Source of the DNA: an uncultured Opitutales bacterium
GTDB lineage: Bacteria; Verrucomicrobiota; Verrucomicrobiia; Opitutales; Intestinicryptomonadaceae
Reading direction: 5' to 3'
Length of the DNA: 64,000 bases
Assembly: GCA_944389175.1 (NCBI GenBank)
Contig: CALXLK010000005.1
Location: 10,848 to 74,847, forward strand
How positions within the stretch are numbered: position 1 is the first letter of the stretch; every line of letters starts with the position of its first letter. A program made the translations under genes and the position numbers. Below, in pieces: positions 29,956-42,075 of this stretch. A model generated the notes under the pieces. The model searched no databases, was not told the origin of the DNA, and worked only from the letters and a program-made list of their open reading frames with translations.

Positions 29956-31686
29956 ATGGAATATTTTTCCGGAACGTGGGGAATTGTGCTGATAGTTTTG
30001 CTATTCGGCGGCTCAATTTTTGTGCACGAGTTCGGACATTTTCTTGCGGCGAAAGCCTTCGGGCTGAAGGTGCTCAGATTCTCGATAGGCTTTGGGCCGA
30101 CGCTGTTTGAATGGAAGGGCAAGGACGGCTGCAAATATATGATATCGCTGCTGCCGCTTGGCGGATATGTCGCAATACCGCAGTTGGTATCGCTCGGAAA
30201 GCTCGAGGGCGAAGAGGAAGGCGACGCCGAATCGACGGCGGGTCTGCCCAAGGCGGGGTGCCTTGCAAAAATATGCGTATCCGCCGCGGGAGCGCTTTTT
30301 AACTTGATTCTGGCGTTCGCGCTGGCGGCGGTTGTCTACGCGGTGGGAGTGCCCTCGCAGGAAATTCTGCAGACGACGGTCGTGGGCTCTCTTTCCGATA
30401 TAACCGACGCAAACGGCCTAAAGTACGAGTCTCCGGCGCGGCTTGCAGGCATAAGGGAGGGAGACAAGATAATTTCAATCGACGGGAAAAAGGCGGACAA
30501 TTTTGAAAACATAATTGAGCTTGTGGCTATAGGCTCTGGCCGCGGAAGCGACGGCAAACCGCTTGCAAAGATACGCGTTGAGCGCGGCGGCAAAAATATC
30601 GACTTCGACGTAAAGCCAAAGTTAATAGTCACGAACCCCACTTCCGGCGACGAAATAAGAATGATAGGCGTGCAGCCGGCGATGAAAATGCTCGTGGGCC
30701 AAATAATGAAAAACTCCCCGGCGCAAAAGGCGGGGTTGAAGGAGGGCGATATTGTTTTGGGATTCAACTCAAAGCCCATATACTCGCCGGCGCACATGTC
30801 GGCGGCTACCGAGGCCTACGCGGGGAAGACGATAAAGCTCGATATCGTGCGCGGCGGCAAAAAGATGGCCATAGACATAGTCCCGCAGCGGGTAAATCTG
30901 ACAAAGCCCCTTCTGAAAATCTCGTTTGATTCCAACCAGATATCAGTCTTGGAAACGGGCGGCGAGAGCGGCGTAAAATGCGTAAGGGTGCTTTCGGCAA
31001 AGGGCCTAAAAGGCGTCGGAGCCTCCGATATCCTCTACCAGATAGACGATGCGAAAGTATCGTCGCTTGCCGACGTAGAAAAGGCCTTTGCGCAAAAGAA
31101 AAAAGTGCGCCAGCTTAAATTTTCCGACGATCAATTCAACCTCAAAGAGGTGCCCGCCCGAGGCGCGGTTTTGGAGGCCCAAAAGCCGCAAACGAGGGTA
31201 ATGCTCGGATACGCGCTCAAGGGCGACGAGACAATCCGCCACATTCCCATCTCCGAACAGTTCGCCGACTCCCTGTGGAAAGTCTACAATGCTATAACGT
31301 CCCTGGCAAATCCCAAGAGCGATATCGGGATAAGCTCGCTTGCGGGCCCCGTCGATATCGGGAGGCTGATATACAGGCTCTCGTACACGGGCATAATGGC
31401 GGTGCTTTCGTTTACGGTGCTATTAAACATAAACCTGGCCGTGCTTAATATGCTGCCCATTCCGGTGTTAGACGGCGGGCACATAGTCTTTGCAATAATA
31501 GAAAAACTGCGCGGCAGACCGTTGCCTGCGGCGGTGTTTGCGGGAATACAAACGGCTTTCTCGCTAATGTTTCTGGCGCTTATGGGCTATGTCGTCTACA
31601 TAGGCTTCGCCCGTTGGGACGGCGACAACGCCAGGGAAAAACAATCTGAAATTTACAACCAATACTACGAAAAAATAAAGTTTTAG
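29956..31686 (+). CDS. rseP: RIP site-2 zinc metalloprotease RseP
   Basis: HEFGHF zinc motif in TM1, PDZ-like repeats (REGDKIISIDG, KEGDIVLGFNS) and the C-terminal motif NMLPIPVLDGGH. 576 aa, a long periplasmic region. Confidence 0.88.
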   Translation: MEYFSGTWGIVLIVLLFGGSIFVHEFGHFLAAKAFGLKVLRFSIGFGPTLFEWKGKDGCKYMISLLPLGGYVAIPQLVSLGKLEGEEEGDAESTAGLPKAGCLAKICVSAAGALFNLILAFALAAVVYAVGVPSQEILQTTVVGSLSDITDANGLKYESPARLAGIREGDKIISIDGKKADNFENIIELVAIGSGRGSDGKPLAKIRVERGGKNIDFDVKPKLIVTNPTSGDEIRMIGVQPAMKMLVGQIMKNSPAQKAGLKEGDIVLGFNSKPIYSPAHMSAATEAYAGKTIKLDIVRGGKKMAIDIVPQRVNLTKPLLKISFDSNQISVLETGGESGVKCVRVLSAKGLKGVGASDILYQIDDAKVSSLADVEKAFAQKKKVRQLKFSDDQFNLKEVPARGAVLEAQKPQTRVMLGYALKGDETIRHIPISEQFADSLWKVYNAITSLANPKSDIGISSLAGPVDIGRLIYRLSYTGIMAVLSFTVLLNINLAVLNMLPIPVLDGGHIVFAIIEKLRGRPLPAAVFAGIQTAFSLMFLALMGYVVYIGFARWDGDNAREKQSEIYNQYYEKIKF

Positions 31687-31689
31687 ACC

Positions 31690-33492
31690 ATGGAAAGCTA
31701 TTGCAAATCGAGAGTAAACTGCGTGAGAACCCCAAACCGCCAAGTTGACGTGGGCGGGGTCAAGATAGGCGGCGGGGCGCCCATTGTTGTGCAGTCGATG
31801 ACAAACACCAAAACTTGCGACGTTGAAGCCTCCGTAAAACAATGCATAGCCCTGGCCGAGGCCGGCTGCCAAATAATAAGGCTTACCGCACAAAATCTCG
31901 AAGCGGCAAAGGCGCTAAAAGACATATCAAAAAAATTCCGCGCCGCCGGATTTTCAAATCCGCTGGTAGCCGATATACACTTTCTGCCGCAAACGGCGAT
32001 GGAGGCCGTCGAACACGTCGAAAAGATAAGAATAAATCCCGGCAATTTTACCGACAAACGCCTGACATCAGCCAAGGACTATACCGACGCCGAATACGAG
32101 GAGGAGCTTGAAAAAATCCGCGAAAAATTTACGCCGCTTGTGCTCAGGTGCAAAGAGCTCGGGCGCGCGCTGCGCATAGGCACAAACCACGGCTCTCTCT
32201 CCGACAGAATCGTGCGGCGCTATGGCGACACTTCTTACGGCATGGTCGAGGCCGCATTTGAATTTGCGCGCATCTGCAGAGATCTGGATTTCCACAATTT
32301 TGTCTTTTCATTTAAATCGAGCAACACGCGCGTCATGGTGGAAACGTACAGACTGGCAGCCAAGAGAATGTCCGAAGAGGGCTTTTCGTATCCCCTGCAC
32401 CTCGGCGTCACCGAGGCCGGATTCGGCATAGACGCGCGCATAAAAAGCGCCATGGGCATAGGAGGGCTGCTTTTCGACGGCATAGGCGACACAATACGCG
32501 TGTCCCTCACGGAGGATCCCGTCGCCGAAGTTCCTGTTGCGAAGAATCTGGCCGCGCTCGTAGACAAAATTAGGAGCCAAAAGCCGCTTCCGCAGCCTGA
32601 GGAGGGCATAGATTTCTATTCATACAACAGGAGGGAATCGATAGTGGTCGACTGCTCGAAGTTCAAAGTCGGCGGCAACGATGTGCCTGCGGTGATATCG
32701 GCGGGCAAGTCGACGAAAGCCGACGCGTCGCTCGAAAACTCGGCGGCTGTCCTTTCCGACGGCAGAAAGCTAAAGCTGGCCAAATACGACTGCCCGTGCG
32801 CGCTTGAAGACGACCTTAAAGAAGGCGTCGTCGCCGCGGAGGTGACCATTGAACTTCTGCCAAAATGCAAACACCTTTTCAACAATACCAATCTTATATT
32901 TGTGGCGCCGCCGCCCTCCGGGGGCAGACATGCCGTGGGGCAAGCCAGAGAATTTGCCGCGAAGCTTAGGCAGCTTGGCTCAAAGAATCCTATTTGGCTG
33001 AGGTTTGGCGCCGACAAGCTTGTTGACAAAAGCGTGGGCGAGATGGAAAAGCTAAACGAGGCCGCCATATATCTCGGATCGCTTTTGGTCGACGGCATAG
33101 GCGATATTGTTTCAGTGGAAATATCCGGCGACCCCGAGAAGGACGCCGAATACGCCTTGGCTATTTTGCAGGGGGCTCGGGCGAGGCGCTCAAAGGCCGA
33201 ATACATAGCCTGCCCCAGTTGCGGCAGGACGCTCTACAACATACAGGAGGCCGTCGCCAAAATCGAAGAGGCCACGAAGCACCTCAAGAACATAACAATA
33301 GGCGTAATGGGCTGCATAGTAAACGGGCCTGGAGAAATGGCCGACGCCGACTACGGGTACGTGGGCGGCGCGCCCGGAAAGATAAACTTGTACAAGGGCA
33401 AGAAATGCGTAGCCGTAAACATTCCGCAGGAGGAGGCCATAGAACGCCTTGTGGAATTGATAAAATCTGAAGGCAGATGGACGGACAAATAA
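31690..33492 (+). CDS. ispG: 4-hydroxy-3-methylbut-2-en-1-yl diphosphate synthase, long form with insert domain
   Basis: IVVQSMTNT, RINPGN and C-terminal CPSCGRT...GCIVNGPGE. At 600 aa there is a large insertion between the TIM barrel and the Fe-S domain. Confidence 0.93.
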   Translation: MESYCKSRVNCVRTPNRQVDVGGVKIGGGAPIVVQSMTNTKTCDVEASVKQCIALAEAGCQIIRLTAQNLEAAKALKDISKKFRAAGFSNPLVADIHFLPQTAMEAVEHVEKIRINPGNFTDKRLTSAKDYTDAEYEEELEKIREKFTPLVLRCKELGRALRIGTNHGSLSDRIVRRYGDTSYGMVEAAFEFARICRDLDFHNFVFSFKSSNTRVMVETYRLAAKRMSEEGFSYPLHLGVTEAGFGIDARIKSAMGIGGLLFDGIGDTIRVSLTEDPVAEVPVAKNLAALVDKIRSQKPLPQPEEGIDFYSYNRRESIVVDCSKFKVGGNDVPAVISAGKSTKADASLENSAAVLSDGRKLKLAKYDCPCALEDDLKEGVVAAEVTIELLPKCKHLFNNTNLIFVAPPPSGGRHAVGQAREFAAKLRQLGSKNPIWLRFGADKLVDKSVGEMEKLNEAAIYLGSLLVDGIGDIVSVEISGDPEKDAEYALAILQGARARRSKAEYIACPSCGRTLYNIQEAVAKIEEATKHLKNITIGVMGCIVNGPGEMADADYGYVGGAPGKINLYKGKKCVAVNIPQEEAIERLVELIKSEGRWTDK

Positions 33493-33514
33493 CATTTTCC
33501 AAAGCGAATAAAAG

Positions 33515-33541
33515 CGCCCGATTTTTCGGGCGTTTTTTTTT
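33515..33541 (+). terminator. intrinsic terminator after ispG
   Basis: CGCCCGA-TTTT-TCGGGCG followed by T9. Confidence 0.8.
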
Positions 33542-33688
33542 ACTTTCAGGGAGAAGCGCGGTGTAAAATTTAGGGTCTAAAGTTTCCCGAAATTGCATGC
33601 AATTTTTTTGGGATATGAGGGCGCTGAAAACGCGCGTGAACGGAGCCTGCAAACGCGCAAAAAAAACGCTTTTTTTTCAATAAAAGTG

Positions 33689-33717
33689 TTGCCAAGAAAA
33701 GCGGCGTAAAATATGGT
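33689..33717 (+). promoter_or_regulatory. candidate gyrBA promoter
   Basis: TTGCCA (33689-33694), 17-nt spacer, TATGGT (33712-33717). About 120 nt upstream of the gyrB ATG. Confidence 0.4.
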
Positions 33718-33830
33718 ATTTACAAGCGCTGGCCAAAATGGCCGAGTGCGCGTTGCAAGGCCGTTTTTGAGGGTGTTGTAGAGGGATAAAAAACCTGATA
33801 AAACGGGCGATTTTTTTTAAAAAATGATAA

Positions 33831-36326
<2,496 letters not shown>

Positions 36327-36340
36327 GAAAGGCATTTTAG

Positions 36341-38794
36341 ATGTACACGGAAAACGAGAAGATAACAGATTCTGGCATTACGCAGATAATGCAGACGGCC
36401 TATATAGACTATTCCATGTCTGTAATAGTCTCCCGCGCGCTTCCCGACGTGCGCGACGGCCTAAAGCCGGTACAGCGCAGGGTGCTTTACGCGATGTTGC
36501 GCGAAGGGCTTTTGCACAACCGCTCATTCGACAAGTGCGCAGGCGTCGTCGGCGAAGTGCTCAAGAACTACCACCCGCACGGAGACAGCTCGGTTTACGA
36601 CACGCTCACGAGGCTCGCCCAAGACTGGGTGATGCGCTACCCGCTGGTCATACCGCAGGGCAATTTCGGCTCGATAGAGGGCGACTCGCCCGCGGCCTAC
36701 CGATACACCGAATGTAAGCTGGCCGAGCTTGCCGAAGACATGATTGCCGATATCGATTGCGATACGGTTGACTTCATGCCGAACTACAAGGAGACCACTA
36801 CGGAACCCGTCGTGCTTCCCGCGGCGCTGCCGATGTTGCTGATGAACGGCTCTACGGGCATTGCAGTCGGCATGACCACTAACATTCCCCCGCACAATGT
36901 AGGCGAGCTCATCGACGCCATATGCATGCTCATCGACGCGCCGAACACTTCGATAACCGAGCTCATGCAGGTAATCAAGGGGCCCGATTTTCCGACGGGC
37001 GGGGTAATAGTTGGCAAAAGCGGCATAGAAAGCTACATGAAGACCGGGCGCGGCATAGTAAAGATGCGCGGCGTCGCGCGGGTCGAGGAGCTAAAAAACG
37101 GCAAGGAGCAGATTGTAATAACGGAGATACCCTACAACGTAAACAGGGCCTCCCTCGTGGAAAACATAGCGGAGCTCGTGCACGAAAAGATACTTTCAGA
37201 GGTAAGCGATGTCCGCAACGAATCCGACGAAAATACGCGCATAGTAATAGAGCTAAAGCGCGGTGAATCGCCGCGCGTTGTGATGAACAAGCTTTTCAAG
37301 CACACGCAGCTTGAGAGCTCGTTCGGCGTGATATTGCTTGCCCTTGACAAGCGCACGCCCAAGCAGATGAACATACGCGAAATGCTCGAGTGCTACATAG
37401 AGCACCGCAGGGAGGTGACGTACCGCAGGGTTAGTTTTCTGCTCAAGAAGGCCGAAGACCGCGCGCACATTCTCGAGGGCTACAAGATAGCCTTCAACAA
37501 CATTGACGACTTCATAAAGATAATAAAAGACTCAAAGAGCAAGGACGACGCCAAAGTTGCCCTGATGGCAAAATATCCGCTCTCTGAGCGCCAGACAAAC
37601 GCCATTCTCGACCTTCGCCTGCACCAGCTCACCGGGCTTGAAATCGAGGCCATAGAAACCGAATACCGCGATCTCATGCGCAAGATTCAGGAGTTTAAGT
37701 CGATTCTCGAAAACGAGAAGAAGCTTTTGGGCGTGATAAAGAAAGAGCTGGGCGCCATGAAAGAGAAGTACCAGTCGCCGCGCAAAACGCAGCTGATTGC
37801 CGCCGAGGGCGAATTTAGAATGGAAGACGTCATAGCGAACGAGGGCTGCATAATAAGCGTATCCCACAACGGCTTCATCAAGCGCACAAGCGTAAGCTCG
37901 TACCGCTCCCAAAAGCGCGGCGGCAAGGGCGTAATCGGCAGCGGCCAATACGACGAGGACTTCATAGAACATATTTTTACGGCCTCCACCCACGACAACA
38001 TCATGTTCTTTATGAACAACGGCAGAGTCTACGTGGAGAAGGTGTATGAAATTCCGGAAGGCAGCCGCATATCGAAGGGGCGCTCCATCAAGAACGTGCT
38101 CGAGCTCAAAGGCGACGAGAAGATTGCCGCTATGATTTGCGCCAAGAATCTCGACGATCCCAAGTACGCGCTCGTAATGGCCACGAAGAACGGCGTCGTT
38201 AAAAAGACGATGCTTTCCGAGTACAAAAATTGCCGCAAAGGCGGCATAAAGGGCATATCGCTCGACGAGGGCGACGACCTCATCGGCGTGGTAATGACCG
38301 AACCCGACTCAAACATCGTCCTCGTCACGCACGAAGGCATGTCAATACGCTTTAGCGAGGCCGATTTGCGCGCGCTCAGCCGCGACACGAGGGGCGTGCG
38401 CGGCGTGACGCTGAAAAAAGACAACGACTGCGTCAAGGCGATAGTCGTTGTCGACCCGAACTCAACGCTATTGATAGCCGGTGAAAACGGCCAGGGCAAA
38501 CGCTCCGCATACGACGAATACAGGGTTCAAAACAGGGGCGGTTCGGGCGTTATCGCAATGAAGACAAACGGCGTGGCGGGCGCCCTATCGGTGCGCGAAG
38601 ACGACGAAATAATGATGTTTACCCACGACGGGCAAGCGGTCCGCTCCCCGGTAAAGGACATCCGCGTAATCGGAAGAACCACGCAGGGCGTGCGCCTAAT
38701 CAATCTCGCCGAATCCGACAAGCTTATAGGCATATGCAGAATTGTCGATATCCGCGACGACGCAGGGCCGTCGGCCGACGCACCTCAGCAGTAG
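36341..38794 (+). CDS. gyrA: DNA gyrase subunit A
   Basis: AYIDYSMSVIVSRALPDVRDGLKPVQRR, catalytic Tyr context AAYRYTE, and GyrA-box-like QKRGGKG. Confidence 0.98.
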   Translation: MYTENEKITDSGITQIMQTAYIDYSMSVIVSRALPDVRDGLKPVQRRVLYAMLREGLLHNRSFDKCAGVVGEVLKNYHPHGDSSVYDTLTRLAQDWVMRYPLVIPQGNFGSIEGDSPAAYRYTECKLAELAEDMIADIDCDTVDFMPNYKETTTEPVVLPAALPMLLMNGSTGIAVGMTTNIPPHNVGELIDAICMLIDAPNTSITELMQVIKGPDFPTGGVIVGKSGIESYMKTGRGIVKMRGVARVEELKNGKEQIVITEIPYNVNRASLVENIAELVHEKILSEVSDVRNESDENTRIVIELKRGESPRVVMNKLFKHTQLESSFGVILLALDKRTPKQMNIREMLECYIEHRREVTYRRVSFLLKKAEDRAHILEGYKIAFNNIDDFIKIIKDSKSKDDAKVALMAKYPLSERQTNAILDLRLHQLTGLEIEAIETEYRDLMRKIQEFKSILENEKKLLGVIKKELGAMKEKYQSPRKTQLIAAEGEFRMEDVIANEGCIISVSHNGFIKRTSVSSYRSQKRGGKGVIGSGQYDEDFIEHIFTASTHDNIMFFMNNGRVYVEKVYEIPEGSRISKGRSIKNVLELKGDEKIAAMICAKNLDDPKYALVMATKNGVVKKTMLSEYKNCRKGGIKGISLDEGDDLIGVVMTEPDSNIVLVTHEGMSIRFSEADLRALSRDTRGVRGVTLKKDNDCVKAIVVVDPNSTLLIAGENGQGKRSAYDEYRVQNRGGSGVIAMKTNGVAGALSVREDDEIMMFTHDGQAVRSPVKDIRVIGRTTQGVRLINLAESDKLIGICRIVDIRDDAGPSADAPQQ

Positions 38795-38839
38795 CCTAAG
38801 CGCAACATCAGGCGCCGAAAAAAAATAAGCACATTAAAA

Positions 38840-38868
38840 GCCCCGATTTTTTTACGGGGCTTTTTTTT
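38840..38868 (+). terminator. intrinsic terminator after gyrA
   Basis: GCCCCG-ATTTTTTTA-CGGGGC followed by T8. Confidence 0.8.
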
Positions 38869-38918
38869 ACGCTTAGAACAGGCGCATACATACTTAGCTG
38901 TGCTCTTGTGTGCAGTAT

Positions 38919-39091
38919 GCGGCGCGCGCGTGGTGTGTGTATGGGGGGGGGAAAAAAGAGAGAGAGAAAAAAAGAAAATTAGGGGAAGATAAAAAAAAGA
39001 AATTTGGCAATTAAAAGGTATAAAACGAGGGAAAATCATTTTTAGGCAATTTTAATCCATTCAATTTCGCATCGCGGGAGATTATTTTAAG
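38919..39091. repeat. purine-rich intergenic repeat family, copy B (reference copy)
   Basis: GCGGCGCGCGCGTGGTGTGTGTATG, then G9 (38943-38951), A6, (GA)5 (38958-38967) and an A/G-rich tract. About 90 nt later comes CCATTCAATTTCGCATCGCGGGAGATTATTTTAAG. Collinear with copies C and D. Confidence 0.6.
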
Positions 39092-39401
39092 AATTCACCC
39101 CGATAAGAGCCGTTCATTAAAAGCCCAAATACATTTTACGCGCCGCTTGCACACAAAGAGAAATTTTTGGCGCACCCCCATAAAAAACAAGACGCAAAAC
39201 TTCATTGCAACGCGCAGAATAAAAAAGGCTCTCTTCTACCCTTCCCACACGCTAGGCGCAAAAAAGTTTTTTTTATTTTCAATTAAACAAGGGAAAGAGT
39301 GAAAAAACTTCGACTGCCCATTCCACAAAATCTGCGGCAATCCGCCGCCATAAGCGGCGCAGGCCACACTTAAACGGAATAGCGCGGCTCTAAATTTAGT
39401 C

Positions 39402-39427
39402 AAAAAAAAAGCCGCGCATTGCGCGGC
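39402..39427 (-). terminator. intrinsic terminator downstream of the nucleoside hydrolase gene
   Basis: Minus strand reads GCCGCGC-AAT-GCGCGGC followed by T9. Confidence 0.78.
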
Positions 39428-39448
39428 CTTCAAAGAAGAAAAGAGAGG

Positions 39449-40513
39449 CTATTTTACGTTCAGGGGCGTTGTCTTAGAAAGATCGACACAGCGCTTTAAA
39501 ATAGTCTTCCAATTTTGCTCGGGCGCAATCATATAGCGGACTTTCCCCTTCTTGCTGTCCATGAAAACGGTAGTTCCGTTTCTGGCGACTTCGACATCGC
39601 CGTTGCCCGAAAGGGTGAAAAGCTCGGGCTCAAAGACATATAGAACACTCGTTAAATCCCAAATGTGGCGGTCGAGCTCGGCGGTTTGCTTTTTGCGCTC
39701 AAACAGCCACTGCAATAACACCTTGCAGGCATAGGCGGCGGGATTGTTCGGGGCGTCGTAGAAGCCGTGCTCCACATAGTAGTACGGAAAGCGCATATTC
39801 ATTCCCAATTCAAACGGGCTCAATATAATCGGGCAAGGCGGATTCTCCAATATCCTTTTGGTCGCGGGAATATCTATCCTTGCGTTATATTCGGGGCGCA
39901 CATGTGTGGCGCGCGCGTTCCATATCGGAATGTCAAACGTCGCAAAACCTCCGGCCATGGCGGAGACGTATTTGACCTTCTTTGCAATCAGCTCGGCCCC
40001 CGTAAGCGGAGAAATATCGTCGGCGGGCGAGTCCGCAAGGCGCGCCAAGTTGGTAAAAAATCCTATGGAAATATACACGACCGAATTGTCGGGCTGGGCC
40101 GCCAACACTTTGCGAAGCCCCTTTATGCTTTCCTCGTATTTCTCGTCGGGATTCTTAAGCTTGAACTTTAACGAGCCGTCGGGGTTCTTGGCCTCCACAG
40201 TGCGGCGCAAAAATGGACCGTCCTTGTGCTCATATCCGTTTTCCACCCTGAAAATCGGAATGTCGTCGAAACCGTAATATTGGCAAATCAAGCTTATGAG
40301 CTGCGGAGAGCACGGGTTGTCCTTATTCGAGGCTATGCACAACAGCTTCGCCTTGCCCTGCTTCACGTAGTCAAACAACATAACCTGCGCTATGGCGTCG
40401 TCGCAATCGTTCCCCATGTCGGTGTCGAAAATTATGGACTGCGGCTGCGTCGCCGCGGAGCCGACAAGCACAAAGGCGAAAGCGGCAAAGAATGATGTAA
40501 TAGTTTTTATCAT
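39449..40513 (-). CDS. secreted nucleoside hydrolase (inosine-uridine-preferring family-like)
   Basis: Signal peptide, then IIFDTDMGNDCDDAIA, the DxDxxxDD aspartate cluster of IU-nucleoside hydrolases. Confidence 0.78.
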   Translation of the reverse strand: MIKTITSFFAAFAFVLVGSAATQPQSIIFDTDMGNDCDDAIAQVMLFDYVKQGKAKLLCIASNKDNPCSPQLISLICQYYGFDDIPIFRVENGYEHKDGPFLRRTVEAKNPDGSLKFKLKNPDEKYEESIKGLRKVLAAQPDNSVVYISIGFFTNLARLADSPADDISPLTGAELIAKKVKYVSAMAGGFATFDIPIWNARATHVRPEYNARIDIPATKRILENPPCPIILSPFELGMNMRFPYYYVEHGFYDAPNNPAAYACKVLLQWLFERKKQTAELDRHIWDLTSVLYVFEPELFTLSGNGDVEVARNGTTVFMDSKKGKVRYMIAPEQNWKTILKRCVDLSKTTPLNVK

Positions 40514-41388
40514 TTATTATCCTCCAATATTATTCCGTGTTTTAGATTGAAAAAGGTCTGGCGTATGCATCCGGCTTTAAGAAACAGGCAAAGCCTGTGC
40601 ATGGTGAGGAATGCGGCAGCTATTATGTCGGAACGCGAGGGCTCTATTGAGTATTTGCCGACAAGCTCTTCGGGCGTTGAAGAGAGCGCAATCCGGGCCA
40701 TATTTTGAAGGTCCGTGGCGCTTATTATAGCCGGATTGTCTCCAGGGCAAATGCGTTCTTTCATAAATCGCGCCGCGGCCACCGCCCCGCCTGCGCCTAT
40801 CAAATCTGCGCCGGAGGGCATGTTTGATAGATTTTCCCAAAAGACTCCGTCGAGGTATTCCGACAATTTTTTTGCACCGCCGCAAGATTCGCCGGTTAAA
40901 AATTTTTTAGTCATGCGGACCGCCCCGACGGGCATGCTGCATGAAAGAACGGGCTTTTTGCCGTCCCCGTAGACGACTTCGAGACTGCCGCCGCCCAAGT
41001 CGAAATACGTGCACGGCCGCGGGTTGTCCATTCCGCTGACAGCCCCTTTGTAAGACAGGAAAGCCTCCTCTTCCCCGCTTAGAACGCGTATCTTCTCCCC
41101 GGTAAGCCTCATCACCTCGGCTACGACGGAATCCCTCTGGGGAGAGTCGCGCAGGGCGCTCGTTGCTACAACTTCGGTTTCAAAATGTTTCGAAATCCCC
41201 GAGGCAATCTTCTTAAAATGCGATATTGCCCCCGCAATCATAACCGCGGCGCGGGGGACGAGAGAATTGCCGTCGGCACAGATGCGCAACCCGAGAGTCT
41301 GCTCGAATGCGGAGGATACCCTTCCCCCCACATTCTCTCCGAGAATGCCTTTTATGGTGTTTGAGCCGATATCTATGGCAAGCTTCAC
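40510..41388 (-). CDS. Ppx/GppA-family phosphatase (short, N-terminal domains only)
   Basis: ASKHA-fold motifs MKLAIDIGSNTIKG and DLGGGSLEVV. 292 aa. Confidence 0.8.
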   Translation of the reverse strand: MKLAIDIGSNTIKGILGENVGGRVSSAFEQTLGLRICADGNSLVPRAAVMIAGAISHFKKIASGISKHFETEVVATSALRDSPQRDSVVAEVMRLTGEKIRVLSGEEEAFLSYKGAVSGMDNPRPCTYFDLGGGSLEVVYGDGKKPVLSCSMPVGAVRMTKKFLTGESCGGAKKLSEYLDGVFWENLSNMPSGADLIGAGGAVAAARFMKERICPGDNPAIISATDLQNMARIALSSTPEELVGKYSIEPSRSDIIAAAFLTMHRLCLFLKAGCIRQTFFNLKHGIILEDNK

Positions 41389-42074
41389 AGGCTATATCCC
41401 TCCGGGGCTATCATCACCACGAATTCGCCCTTTGTGGAGGCCTTTTCAAGCTCGCCCCGCACGTCGGCCATGCGCCCTATAAAAAAGCGCTCGTACACTT
41501 TTGAAATTTCTTTGGCAAAGCATACCGTGCGGTCGGGGCCAAAAATCTCGAGGGCATCGTCTGCAAACTTCTGTATGCGGTACGGCGACTCGTAGAAAAT
41601 AAGGGTGTGCCCAAAATCGTAATATTTTTGAAAGAAGGCCTTTCGGGCCGCAGTCTTGGCGGGCAGAAACCCGGCGAATAAAAACGAGTCGCTTGGCAAA
41701 CCCGACGCCGAAAGAGCCGCCACAAAAGCGCACGCGCCGGGAACGGGTATGACATTTATGCCCTCGGCCCGGCACGCGCGCACTATTCTAAAGCCGGGAT
41801 CGCTAATGCAGGGTGTACCCGCATCGCTTACAAGCGCTATGTTTTGCCCCGAGCGAAGTTTCTCAAGCAGCTGGCCGCACACGGCCCTCTCCCGCGAGTC
41901 TTCGTTTACAAACATCGGCTTGGAAATGTCGAATTTTTTCAGAAGCGCGCCGGTCAAGCGGGTGTCTTCGCATACGACGAGGTCGCACGAGCGCAAAATT
42001 TCGAGCGCGCGCGCGCTGATGTCGGCCAAATTCCCTATCGGCGTGGCTACTATGTAGAGAGTTCCCTCTTCCAT
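41385..42074 (-). CDS. rsmI: 16S rRNA (cytidine1402-2'-O)-methyltransferase
   Basis: TLYIVATPIGNLADIS N-terminus and tetrapyrrole-methylase fold. ATG 42074 lies 1 nt after the folK stop. Track start 42167 would overlap folK by 92 nt. Confidence 0.9.
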   Translation of the reverse strand: MEEGTLYIVATPIGNLADISARALEILRSCDLVVCEDTRLTGALLKKFDISKPMFVNEDSRERAVCGQLLEKLRSGQNIALVSDAGTPCISDPGFRIVRACRAEGINVIPVPGACAFVAALSASGLPSDSFLFAGFLPAKTAARKAFFQKYYDFGHTLIFYESPYRIQKFADDALEIFGPDRTVCFAKEISKVYERFFIGRMADVRGELEKASTKGEFVVMIAPEGYSL

Positions 42075-42075
42075 G

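Noticed and set aside
38941-38982. Mini-ORFs starting ATG-GGG-GGG-GGA (MGGGKKRERKKEN in copy B, MGGGERENFIFYV in copy D)
   Set aside because: There is no Shine-Dalgarno sequence upstream. The peptides diverge immediately after the G tract. Copy A has only MLEE, and copy C has no equivalent ATG. This looks like a by-product of the repeat sequence rather than a conserved micro-protein, and it cannot be tested without ribosome profiling.
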